A stretch of DNA of 64,000 nucleotides from Laetmonice hystrix. Its lineage: Eukaryota. The notes under the pieces were generated by a model. That model had not been told where the DNA came from. It did not search any database and was given only the letters and a program-made list of their open reading frames with translations. The DNA is taken from contig OZ249436.1 of the NCBI GenBank assembly GCA_965235115.1, positions 17,484,001 through 17,548,000 of the forward strand. The letters are read 5' to 3'. Position numbers and translations under genes: made by a program. Shown here piece by piece: positions 13,401-25,459 of this stretch (position 1 is the first letter of the stretch; each line of letters begins with the position of its first letter).

Positions 13401-16400
13401 TGTGAGCTAGGGGAGACTAGCCCCTGGCTGTGAGCTAGGGAAGACTAGCCCCTGGCTGTGAGCTAGGAGAGACTAGCCCCTGGCTGTGAGCTAGGAGAGA
13501 CTAGCCCCTGGCTGTGAGCTAGGGGAAGACTAGCCCCTGGCTGTGAGCTAGGGGAGACTAGCCCCTGGCTGTGAGCTAGGGGAGACTAGCCCCTGGCTGT
13601 GAGCTAGGGGAGACTAGCCCCTGGCTGTGAGCTAGGGGAGACTAGCCCCTGGCTGTGAGCTAGGGGAGACTAGCCCCTGGCTGTGAGCTAGGGGAGACTA
13701 GCCCCTGGCTGTGAGCTAGGGGAGACTAGCCCCTGGCTGTGAGCTAGGGGAAGACTAGCCCCTGGCTGTGAGCTAGGGGAGACTAGCCCCTGGCTGTGAG
13801 CTAGGGGAGACTAGCCCCTGGCTGTGAGCTAGGGGAGACTAGCCCCTGGCTGTGAGCTAGGGGAGACTAGCCCCTGGCTGTGAGCTAGGGGAGACTAGCC
13901 CCTGGCTGTGAGCTAGGGGAGAAGGCCAGTGTAGATTAGGTCGTGGACGTCCAGGACATGCAGCATTCAGCACTGTCTGCATCAGGACATGACACCTGGT
14001 CGTACACCTGGCGCTCACCTGTTATTTGATGATACCTGTATAATTGAATTACCCACCTGGGCTCGCACTGAATCCAGGTGATTATAGCTTACAGGTAGAT
14101 CCCTGGATGTCAGGGATGGAAGGCGACCTTTAGACTTGCCATAATGGATTATGAAGTATCATTCATTGCCCGGGAACATATGTTACTCTATTATTAGTAC
14201 ATATTTTGTTTGACCGTTTGTTTCTAGTTGTAAATCGTCAGTTATTGATTGGTCAATGAGTCCCTCCCCCTGTTTGATTGAGGTCGTTGATGTGGCCCTG
14301 GCCATATTTAGCCGGACCCTTATTTAAATCGTTTTTCTCTCTCCCCCAGAGAACCTACATCTTTGCGTTCCTCCTGAGTTCTCGCCTCTTCCTCCGGCCA
14401 CACATCCTGATGGAGGAAGTATGTCGGGTAAGTTACTGGATGAGTTCGTCACCCCGCCGACAACCCCACTTGACCGACCCTGTTCACAGTGACAAAATCT
14501 CAAGATATCCGAGTTTAAAATCTTGAAATGTTATAATTATTTTGAAGCTTTGTGTGTTAAAATGTTACATACACGGAGAATGAGATCAGAAGACTGTATC
14601 AGTACTGTTGTGACGCTTAGATTGATATTTACTGGATGTAAGAGATTAATGGGGGGAAACCAGTATGAAAACACTGAATTCTTACCGGCTCAAGATTATG
14701 TTGGCCAGTTTTATAACTAGTTATTGGCCACTCTCCAAGCATGTTGGCATTATACCAACCGTACAACCAACCTGCAATCATTCTCCATACAGACGTGCCT
14801 GGAAGAAAGTGGTCTTTTTATACTGGATTTATTATAATTAAGTAAAAATACCGACAATTGACATATCTTAGACCCTAGATAAGTACGGATTTGTGTGCCA
14901 AATGGGAGTTTGTAGGACCATGTTTTCACCGCAAAGTGTCGCGGTGTTGATGTTTTGGACATGAAGGTAACGTTATTATTTACCATTTCACAGGTGTGTG
15001 TCATGCAACAGAAACTGAACCATGAGAAAGTCAGCAAGGTGAGTAGTACTGTAATTGAATTCGTTCTACCTCAGTATCATTGACATCACATATTACGAGT
15101 AAATTAAATAAGATTAAGGACTCTGCTGAGTAATATATCAACAATCTTATATTAACAGGTGGCAGTTGTAGAATTGTTTAATTGTTAATGAGGTTTATAA
15201 GGTAAAGACATTTTAATTTGTTAAACCTATCATGCTGCAAACATTGTGGTTTGTGTACAGTTCTTGTATGACGGGATGACTGACCGGTTGTTTTGTTTTT
15301 CTCACAGGAAACCTTGGGTCAGTTTGGACCCCACGTCATTCAACTTCTCAGGTGAGAATCTTTGACCTGTTCGTACACCTCCCCCCCCCCTCCCCTCCCA
15401 GCAGGACAATCTGGTGTAGGCCCCTTGTCTGATATCCGGGATATTGTGGGGCGGAAGAGTATTGTTTGACGACGTGGTACTAAATATAGTGGTTGGTGAC
15501 GTAACGTGACGTAATGTGACGTGACGTATTGTGACGTTGGTACAGAAACAGGCTGCAGGAAGAGTTTCATTGACCTTGAAGAGGTCGACCATTATTCTCA
15601 CCGTAATGAAGACATTAATGTTGAGACGTGGTATTTGTATCAGTCAGACAGAGGTAGTAATGTCAGGCCCATGTCGTGTGCTGGGTGCAGGAAGGCACAG
15701 CTATGTGTGGTATGCTTGTTTCTCCACCGGCTTTTTATCATTGTCAACTTCTCTGGACGCGAACAGCATTTCAATTAGGGTCACAACAACTTGCTAGAAA
15801 CTCCACTAGTTGGCTCAGTTGGTCTTTACGATCTGGCCTAACTCATCACGCGGACTAATTAATCTAATTAGGTTAATGACTACACCAGTAGTCACTGAGT
15901 GTCAGTTAGCCAACTTAGTGGTTAACGGGTGAGGTTGACAAATAATTAAGCTTTTTTAAATGAAAATCTCCTCCAAAGGTTCTCAGGATATGGAGAGGTT
16001 CGGGGAAAACCATAGAGAGTTTGAGCCAGTTGATGTGTTTAATATGGTGTTTATAAAAGTGTGTTTGTTTTCGGCAGTGAATGGACAGAAATGTTCCCGT
16101 ACGATTTCCGGGACGAGCGAATGATGAGAAAACTCAAAGATCTCACTCAGCAAATCGTCAACATCTATCCCGAACTCCGCAAGGACGTCGGCATCCTCAT
16201 GCACAATCTCTTCGGAAAGGTACGTTCCGACTTCAGACAGGGGCTGACTGGGGCAGATAGGGGCAGACAGTGGCGGAATACTGCCGGACCAGGCTAAGGT
16301 TCTGACGGGTCAGTAGTCATTAGGGACAAATTTTAAAAGAGCCAGATCCGAAGTTTGGGAAACCGGCCTGTGGTTGCCTGTGTTCCACTGTCTCCTTGCG

Positions 16401-19400
16401 TCTCAATGTCACTTTGAGGAGTGTTGTATAGACAAAATGAAATGATTGTATTGATAGAGGTTTCTGGTAACACACCTGTTACCTCTGACATTCTCTAGAT
16501 GATGTGGACTCAGGGTTGGGGTATGAAGGCTGAGGGGTGACGGGGTCAGAGGTCACGAAGAGGTCATGTACTGACCGTGTTTTTTCTCCTTCAGTTGTCC
16601 GGTTTACAGAAGTATGAAGACTTGTTAGGACGGATCAATACTGAGGTGGCGCAACGGTTACTCAACATCATGCCAACGGTAAGTGTCTACATATCACCTA
16701 GTGTCAGGGTCTCAATATATGAGACCATGATATGGTGTGTGAATGGGGGGTATGGGAGAAACGAACTTGTGTCAGTGATAGCGGTATCACTAACTGAATG
16801 TTTGTGGTCATCTAGTGGGGGTTAGCTGGGGTGTAAAACATCGTGTCCATGATGAGCGTTGATGATGGCCATGATGATGGTGTCGTTGTTTCAGACGGAT
16901 ATATATGAAGTATGCCCGAGTCCGCTGGTGCTAGCCCAGCAGCTAACCCACATCGAGCTGGAGAGATTGAGTATGATTGGCCCGGAGGAATTCGTCCAGG
17001 CGTTCGCCAAGGAGGAGGTTGCTGACACAACGTACAAGGACATGAAGAAAACCAATAACCTGGAGGCATACGTCCAGTGGTTTAACCGACTCAGTTACTT
17101 TGTGGCCACCGAGATCTGCATGGTGAGATTACCACCTGATCTTGTCATCCTCCGGCAGTGGGGGTCTCAGATCCCAGAGGTGGGGGTGGGTGGGGGGATG
17201 GGAACCCCGCCAGGAATCTTAAAATCTCCCTCATCGTCCTCTATCGGGGTAAATCCTCAAAATCGGTGTGGCCGCTAATAAAGGGGCTCTTCAGGGGGCA
17301 GGGGGGTTCCTTTGGCATATTTGCACATTTTCACACGTTTTGCGAGAGTTCCCCCGTTCTCCCCCCCCCCATGTGCATTATAAATACCGTTTTGGGGCTC
17401 TTGCCTTAGTATGAAAAGTAACCAGTATATTTCTGAGTGGGTTTTCAGAATTTGTTAAGATTCGCAACCTCTACAAGTTATTCCGTCTCATGTTTACAGC
17501 ATCTGAAGAAGAAGAACCGAGTACGAATGATTGAATACTTTGTGGACGTGGCCAAGGAATGTATCAACATTGGCAACTTTAACTCTTTGATGGCAATCAT
17601 TGGTAAGTTCTCTTCTGAGTGTATGTGTCATGTTCTTAGTACCTAGAGATAACGTTAGTCAAACAGCCAGTCTACGAGTTCACAGTCCCAGAGTTTGTTA
17701 GTGTAGTTTAGAACCGGTCGCGGAGTTTGTTAGTGTAGTTTAGAACTGGTCCCAGAGTTTGTTAGTGTAGTTTGGAACCGGTCACGGAGCAATGTTAGTG
17801 TAGTTTAGAACCAGTCACGGATTTTGTTAGTGTAGTAGAGAACCGGTCACGGAGTTTGTTAGTGTAGTATAGAACCGGTCACGGAGTTTGTTACATAGTG
17901 TAGTATAGAACCGGTCACGGAGTTTGTTAGTGTAGTTTAGAACTGGTCCCAGAGTTTGTTAGTGTAGTTTGGAACCGGTCACGGAGCAATGTTAGTGTAG
18001 TTTAGAACCAGTCACGGAGTTTGTTAGTGTAGTAGAGAACCGGTCACGGAGTTTGTTAGTGTAGTATAGAACCGGTCACGGAGTTTGTTACATAGTGTAG
18101 TATAGAACCGGTCACGGAGTTTGTTAGTGTAGTTTAGAACTGGTCCCAGAGTTTGTTAGTGTAGTTTGGAACCGGTCACGGAGCAATGTTAGTGTAGTTT
18201 AGAACCAGTCACGGAGTTTGTTAGTGTAGTAGAGAACCGGTCACGGAGTTTGTTAGTGTAGTATAGAACCGGTCACGGAGTTTGTTACATAGTGTAGTAT
18301 AGAACCGGTCACGGAGTTTGTTAGTGTAGTTTAGAACTGGTCCCAGAGTTTGTTAGTGTAGTTTGGAACCGGTCACGGAGCAATGTTAGTGTAGTTTAGA
18401 ACCAGTCACGGAGTTTGTTAGTGTAGTATAGAACCGGTCACGGAGTTTGTTAGTGTAGTAGAGAACCGGTCACGGAGTTTGTTAGTGTAGTTTAGAACCG
18501 GTCACGGAGTTTGTTAGTGTAGTTTAGAACCAGTCACGGAGTTTGTTAGTGTAGTATAGAACCGGTCACGGAGTTTGTTAGTGTAGTAGAGAACCGGTCA
18601 CGGAGTTTGTTAGTGTAGTAGAGAACCGGTCACGGAGTTTGTTAGTGTAGTAGAGAACCGGTCACGGAGTTTGTTAGTGTAGTAGAGAACCGGTCACGGA
18701 GTTTGTTAGTGTAGTATAGAACCGGTCACGGAGTTTGTTAGTGTAGTTTAGAACTGGTCCCAGAGTTTGTTAGTGTAGTTTGGAACCGGTCACGGAGCAA
18801 TGTTATTGTAGTTTAGAACCAGTCACGGAGTTTGTTAGTGTAGTATAGAACCGGTCACGGAGTTTGTTAGTGTAGTAGAGAACCGGTCACGGAGTTTGTT
18901 AGTGTAGTAGAGAACCGGTCACGGAGTTTGTTAGTGTAGTAGAGAACCGGTCACGGAGTTTGTTAGTGTAGTATAGAACCGGTCACGGAGTTTGTTAGTG
19001 TAGTTTAGAACTGGTCCCAGAGTTTGTTAGTGTAGTTTGGAACCGGTCACGGAGCAATGTTAGTGTAGTTTAGAACCAGTCACGGAGTTTGTTAGTGTAG
19101 TAGAGAACCGGTCACGGAGTTTGTTAGTGTAGTTTAGAACCGGTCACGGAGCAATGTTATTGTAGTTTAGAACCAGTCACGGAGTTTGTTAGTGTTTCTG
19201 CACTGATAAACATTTTGTTCACGTTTATTGATTCCACGTTCACTGATTATTGCTTTGTTTACGTTACAGCTGGCATGAACATGAACCCAATCCAGAGACT
19301 AAAGAAGACGGTAAGTGAAACTTTCATTACAGTTTTTGAGTGAAATGTGTTAAAAAGGTAATTAATAGAATTAAAGGATGAGAGTGAGTGTATAGTATTG

Positions 19401-21473
19401 ACTGAGTGAAATGAATTGTTTGACTTATTTTGTACACAACATCCATTTCTGTCATACATTTTGTTGATTTCAGTGGGGTTATATATTGACCAAGTATTTT
19501 GTTGATTTCAGTGGGGGAAGGTGAACAAGGACAAGTTTGAGATCCTGGAACATCAAATGAATCCAACCCAAAACTTTGCTAGTTACCGGTCTTCCCTCAA
19601 GGCGGCGCTGTGGCGGAGTCAAGGAGCCGTGGACGACAGGGAGAGGGTGAGTGGTCACATCTGATTGGGTTGCAAGCAATACTCATGAATCTGATTGGTT
19701 GGTTCTGCAAGCAATACGCATGGATCTGATTGGTTGGTTCTGCAAGCAGTACTCATGGATCTGATTGGTTGGTTCTGCAAGCAATACACATGGATCTGAT
19801 TGGTTGGTTCTGTTAGGCAGTACTTACGAATCTGATTGGTTGGTTCTGCAAGCAGTACTCACGAATCTGATTGGTTGGTTCCGCAAGCAGTACCCACGAA
19901 TCTAATTGGTTGGTTCTGCAAGCTACTCATGGATCTGATTGGTTGGTTCTGTAGGCAGTACTCACGAATCTGATGGTTGGTTCCGCAAGCAGTACCCACG
20001 AATCTAATTGGTTGGTTCTGCAAGCTACTCATGGCTCTGATTGGTTGGTTCTGTAGGCAGTACTCACGAATCTGATTGGTTGGTTCTGTAGGCAGTACCC
20101 ACGAATCTGATTGGTTGGTTCTGCAAGCAGTACTCATGGCTCTGATTGGTTGGTTCTGTAGGCAGTACCCACGAATCTGATTGGTTGGTTCTGCAAGCAG
20201 TACTCATGGATCTGATTGGTTGGTTCTGTAGGCAGTACTCACGAATCTGATTGGTTGGTTCTGCAAGCAGTACCCACGAATCTGATTGGTTGGAACCGTA
20301 TGAAGCAGAGCTGGAAACCAAACTATAAGACTGAAGTATGAAGTAGGACTGGAGACTGAGAAACACAGTGTTCTCCTGCCTTGTTCGATGTAATAAGAAC
20401 CTATTTTTCGTTTTGTTTTGTGCAGATCGTCATCCCGTTCTTCAGTTTGTTTGTCAAAGACATGTACTTCCTCAACGAAGGATGTGTGAACAAGACTCCA
20501 AACGGACATATCAACTTCCAAAAGTTCTGGCAACTAGCCAAACAAATCACGGAGTTCATATCTTGGAAACAAGTCGAGGTAAGACTGCCATTCCTACAGT
20601 ATACAGACAGTTATAAGGTATATTACGACATCTGAAGAAATATAATCAAAACGGCTCATTGTTTTGTTGTATGTAAGGTGTGATTAGAGTTAACCGTTGG
20701 AGGTTTCTGATGAAACCAAAGTGTGAATAAAGTTTGTCCTTGTCTTCCAGTGTCCGTTCGACAAACATCCAACAGTTCTCAACTATCTCCTGACAAATCC
20801 TGTCTTCTCCGAGAACTGTAAGTATCACCGGGAAATATTACTCTGTACTCATCATCAAACCCAACTAGATTCTCTGATATATTCCGACTATAGAGAGATA
20901 ATATGTCTTGTAGAATTACTTCTCCTAATGTAGGTCACCAGTGGGATTAATCAGTCAATAAACCAGAGACAAACATGCTATATATATTACGTGACTGTTG
21001 CCGGCACAGGCAAGAGACTTTCTTGTAAATGAACAAATTTCTAAGTGCTCGTCTTATGTTATTGCAGCATTGTCACTCGCATCGTTTGAGTGTGAACAAC
21101 CAGAAAACAACTATGAAAAGACAAGATACAAGCAACTGAAGTAAGTTACTGGCCCATACTCGTGTTGATGTCAAATAGATGATAAACAAAATAACTTTTG
21201 TAGTCTTCTAGGAGTGTGTGATGTATATGTGTTGTGGGGTGTGTTGTAAGGGTGTTTGTATTAACCCCCTTCCCCCATTGTTTCAGGGAACAGGCGGGTC
21301 TGGTCCTAGGAGTGCTGTGGGTGTGGGGTGTGTTGTAAGGGTGTTTATATTAAGCCCCATCCATTGTATCAGGGAACAGGTGGGCCTATCATAGGAGTGC
21401 TGTTGGGTGTGTTCTAAGGGTGTTTATATTAACCCCCCTCCATTGTTTCAGGGAACAGGCGGGCCTGTCCTAG
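10460..21473 (+). CDS. RASGEF1: RASGEF1-family Ras guanine nucleotide exchange factor (REM + CDC25 domains), 14 coding exons
   Basis: Exons with AG/GT ends and consistent phase: 10460-10549, 14350-14427, 14994-15038, 15308-15351, 16078-16219, 16595-16678, 16895-17122, 17500-17602, 19270-19310, 19512-19646, 20426-20578, 20751-20817, 21068-21140, 21452-21473 (1305 nt, ends TAG). The translation contains GNLLSGSVEALIQHLVP, RTYIFAFLLSSRLF, EWTEMFPYDFRDERMM, LAQQLTHIELERL, WFNRLSYFVATEIC, IGNFNSLMAII and IVIPFFSLFVKDMYFLNEG, which I recognise as closely matching vertebrate RASGEF1A/B. Confidence 0.96.
10795..11193. repeat. 36-bp intronic minisatellite, about 11 copies
   Basis: GACGGGAGACCGACCCGCCTCAGACCTCACGTCCCT. 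Confidence 0.95.
12228..12525. repeat. Tandem duplication of about 149 bp
   Basis: GTTACACGTGTAGTG...CACAGACCACCAGTT appears twice head to tail. Confidence 0.85.
13112..13922. repeat. 28-bp intronic minisatellite, about 29 copies
   Basis: GACTAGCCCCTGGCTGTGAGCTAGGGGA. Confidence 0.95.
17690..19195. repeat. 32-bp intronic minisatellite, about 46 copies, with 197-bp higher-order structure
   Basis: GGAGTTTGTTAGTGTAGT(A/T)(T/G)AGAACCGGTCAC; the variant AACTGGTCCCAG recurs at 17744, 17941, 18138 and 18335. Confidence 0.95.
19690..20292. repeat. 35-bp intronic minisatellite, about 17 copies
   Basis: AATCTGATTGGTTGGTTCTGCAAGCAGTACTCACG. Confidence 0.93.
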
Positions 21474-21482
21474 GAGTGCTGC
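21225..21482 (+). repeat. Unit of about 85 bp x3 containing the RASGEF1 last-exon acceptor
   Basis: GGTGTGTTGTAAGGGTGTTT...CCATTGT(T/A)TCAG|GGAACAGG(C/T)GGG is repeated, with AG ends at 21286, 21372 and 21451. Confidence 0.88.
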
Positions 21483-23512
21483 CGTAGCTGGAGGACCCCA
21501 GTATTATCTTCCGTTTCCTGCTGCCAAAGATCGCTCTTTTACTGCAACCAAGACTTCACCAAGACTTACAGCCAGGAGCTTTGATGGAGGCGGACCTCCT
21601 CTCGGCAGAGGGCGTTGTGTCTCCTGGAGAACCTGCCCTGGGAGGACCTTGAGTCAGCTCCCATCATCCCACACGGCAGTGTCCCTGGCCCCTCCCGGCC
21701 CATGGTTTCCGGGTGTTGGACAGCTTCGTTCTCAAACTCTGTTGTCCATGCCACTGTGTGCTTAAAATATAATATATAAAACAACAAAAACAACAACTGT
21801 GGTATTAAGTTGTTCATTAACCCATGACTAATGAGGGGCAGCCTTCGAGGGGCTGGACACCCTTCCAGGCTGGACCCCTCCACCCTCATCACGTGGGTTC
21901 CATGCGCCATGGCGGGCCATGCGCCATGATGACAAACAATATGCCACGTGTCGTGGTGGCTCTGACGTCAGCGACCTCTGGTGGGATAAACAGTGGGAAG
22001 GCGACAATCGGGGCCATCTTGTGGTCATTGAGAGAAACAGGGGGACACAGTGCCCCCTTGTGGTCTTTGACAGAGACAGTGGGGAGATGCGGTCCCCTTG
22101 ATTACATGGAATGTGGACATACGTACGTTTGAGGTGCTAGAAATGTTTACAACTCAAAACATTATAAATTTGTTGTCCTGCTAATTAAAGTGGCTGGCGA
22201 ACTGAGGTGTCTGCACAGACGGACCGAGGTGACAGTATCGATATCCAAACCTGTCCGGGAAAGTGTTTGTGCATGAGCTTCCTGGACGAGTTGCTTAGTA
22301 ACAGATCCGGCCAATGCCTCGCCTTACCGTGCAGAGCATTGGCCAAGGGTCATTGTTGTAAGGTAAAATCTCATTGGCTGTTTTTTGTGTCAGTGCTGAC
22401 CCTAAATCTCATTGGCTGACCTGCATTTGCTGCGACACAGTCTTTGCCCTGGTAAATACGTCAGGAATCTTTGATAACACATCTGGATTTACGGGAACTA
22501 TTCCTTACAGTGGAGAATGGAGTTAGCAGAACTGTTGTAACACTGGACGTGTGGAGTTACCGGAACTGTTCTCACAGTGGACGGTGGAGTTACCGGAGTC
22601 AGTGGAGTTATTGTATGGTTGAGAGATTGAGAAACTGAGGAACTACATATTCAACAGGAGACCTGCAGGCCTAGGCATGGGCAGGTGGATGGAAGAACCT
22701 CATGGCCTGCACATTAGCCGAAGACCTGTATAGTCTGCAGGTCGACCTGAATAACCACAAGTTTTGCGGGTCGGCTGAAACTTAGATCTGCAACAAACGT
22801 GCAATATAATATCCTTGTCAGTGGTGTGAGTGAAAGATCAAGTTTGTTCAAGGATTATTTGTCCATGATAACATATTGGTTGTCTTCAAAAACTGGGTAA
22901 ATTAACTTGAATTTTTTGTTCATTTCCATTGAAATAACATGGAGAGGGCATTGATCTATTTGTGTAGAGTTATCCTCAAACGATTAATCTCAGTATCCAG
23001 GGCAATTGATTACGAATATTTTGTTATGACAAAGAGAAGAAGTCTTTGTAATTCTCAAAGATGTTTATTTTTGTATGCTTCATATATGAAGTGAAAACCT
23101 TGTTTCGTTCTTTCCCACGTTATGGAATAATTTGTTGTATAGCAGAGGATGAGTGAGACTTGAGCAGACATGATATAAAATAGCGAGGTCTGACGACTTT
23201 GCTTTGGCGATGTACATACTTGTTAACAACCTAACGTCTATGGGACGACCACCAAGGTGTCAGTTCTTAGGTAGAAAAGAATGGCGTTCTAATTCTGTAA
23301 ATAGCCGCCAGGGGAATTCTGAACGTGTCTCTTGTACAGCAGTGACATCTATCGGTGAAGGACCACATCATTTGTGTTCAGTTACATTGCACTTCAGTAC
23401 AGGCGAACATTTTTCTGATTTATTTGAGCGGTTAACGCCGTGATAAATTTAGCATAATATATTCCTGCGACTACCACATAATGGAACGTTTGTTCTAATC
23501 AGGACCTGTAAA

Positions 23513-23775
23513 TTGGATGAGACTGGGTCACGTGATTAGATGGTTGACGTCTATTGGATGAGACTGGGTCACGTGATCAGATTGCTGACGTCTATTGGAT
23601 GAGACTGGATCACGTGATCAGATGGTTGACGTCTATTGGATGAGACTGGGTCACGTGATCAGATTGCTGACGTCTATTGGATGAGACTGGATCACGTGAT
23701 CAGATGATTGACGTCTATTGGATGAGGCTGGGTCACGTGGTCAGATGGCTGACGTCTATTGGATGAGACCGGGTC
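23513..23775. repeat. 41-bp tandem repeat, about 6 copies
   Basis: GACTGGGTCACGTGATCAGAT(G/T)G(T/C)TGACGTCTATTGGATGA. Confidence 0.9.
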
Positions 23776-23785
23776 CCGTAGTCCA

Positions 23786-23949
23786 GGCCCCGGTTTTTAG
23801 TTCGTCATTTTACCAATCTTAAGACTGACTTGTGTTATAGTCTCTCATTGGCTGACTTCATTTGAAGGACCAATCAGAAGCTCTCAAACAAGAGTTCAGT
23901 CTTAAGATTTGAATCTTAAGACTCGGTTTGCAAACTAAAAACCAGGGCC
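23786..23949. mobile_element. MITE of about 165 bp, GGCC termini (possibly PIF/Harbinger-like)
   Basis: GGCCCCGGTTTTTAGTT ... AACTAAAAACCAGGGCC inverted ends, with inner inverted TCTTAAGA/CT motifs; TSD not evident. Confidence 0.55.
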
Positions 23950-25459
23950 AAGGGTCGACGTTTATAGGCTCCGACTCATGAGCAAATTTCATAGTTTCCT
24001 AGAAGCCATGTTTGGTTAACCCTAATCATGTACCTACATTGTTATAGTTTACAAGCAATCATAACGCTGAAAATACAAACTTGGGGGGTAATTGGTTATC
24101 CCTGGACGCCAGCTTGAAGTGCTTTGATTAATTCGGCAGTGGCAGCTCAAGTGTACTGACCTCGTGTGATCCTGAAGCTTTAAATGTTACAATATGTTCA
24201 CAGTCTCACAGTGGACAACGTTCAAATGGCGTGGTGTCACCTAGCGGTGGTAACCCACAATAAAGACTTGAACTTGGCCGCTAGGTGGAGCCACGTGTCC
24301 TCGGCGTACGGCAGCCTTCCCACTACTCGACGATGTTTGGCTGTCCTTGATATCTTCTCACTCTCTTTCTGTCTGTCTACCAGTGATTGTTACGGTGTTT
24401 GTGCTCATCCAACAATTGAAAGCTGGGCCTCAGTCACACGTTAACTACAATACATGATTGTGTTGCTATTCGTAATCGTTCTGACTTGAGTCACATAATG
24501 TTATCAGTTGTAGTTTCAGTGAAGGTTCTTTTGTCTATTTGTTAAAGTTTCCGTGAAGGTTCTTCTCTATGTGGAACTTCGTTCTTCACAAACGCTTCAG
24601 GTGCAAATCAAATTTCACATCCAAATTTCAATTTTTGATTAAAAAAAACCTTTTAAATTAGACTAACTCGAACCATTCAGCCCTACTTTTCCTTTCCGTA
24701 TTTCCTGTCCAGTTTGGGTGTTTTGCTGATTGTAGAAACGAAGGTTGTGTATGCCAGAGAATGAGTTACGATTCGAGTTGTATACCTCTGAGTTACAGGA
24801 TGCTGATAGCATCCTGGTTTTGAATGTTATATGTGTGTACAGACAAGAGGCAGTGTGTGTATATATATGGTATGAACATATGAACAGACATCAATTGTAA
24901 AATATTATATACTTAGTATTGGACTACTTGGAGGAATATATTTTAGAGTCATCCGCAATAAAGACAACTATAAATAACTTAAGTCAGTCTTGCTTTAGTT
25001 TATATTTTGAAAAGTTACTATGGTAACCGGCTACAGGTCACAGTGCGCTCGAAGCGTTTTTTGTGTACTGTCGGACCTGCATACGGGTATTTGGTACCAC
25101 GTGATTGTGTTTCTGGAAGGATTTTGCGAGCTACCTGTCCTTGGATCGTATGTTTGCACCCACACAGAATCTTCTGAACCTCATGCGTACATCAACGGCT
25201 CCTTTGCTTATCAATTACTTATAATAATCTCGTTTGTATAATCACAAAATAAAATAAATGTGTTCTAAGTGAAACGAGCGCGTTCCACCAGAACTTCAGA
25301 CCTGTCTATCGAAAATATCCGGTGTAGGGCTCCCTCTAGCGGAACTCCGCCTAAAGCACTCGCTTCCTAACGTCCATACGGTCTAGTACATGTAGTCAGA
25401 TTTGAATTGACCACTGCTATCGCAAGACGTCTTTGCCGCGGGAGAATCTATCTGTTACT

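Noticed and set aside
13112-13922. Regular arrays as CRISPR loci (also 34965-36703, 17690-19195)
   Set aside because: No unique spacers, no cas genes, eukaryotic intronic context.
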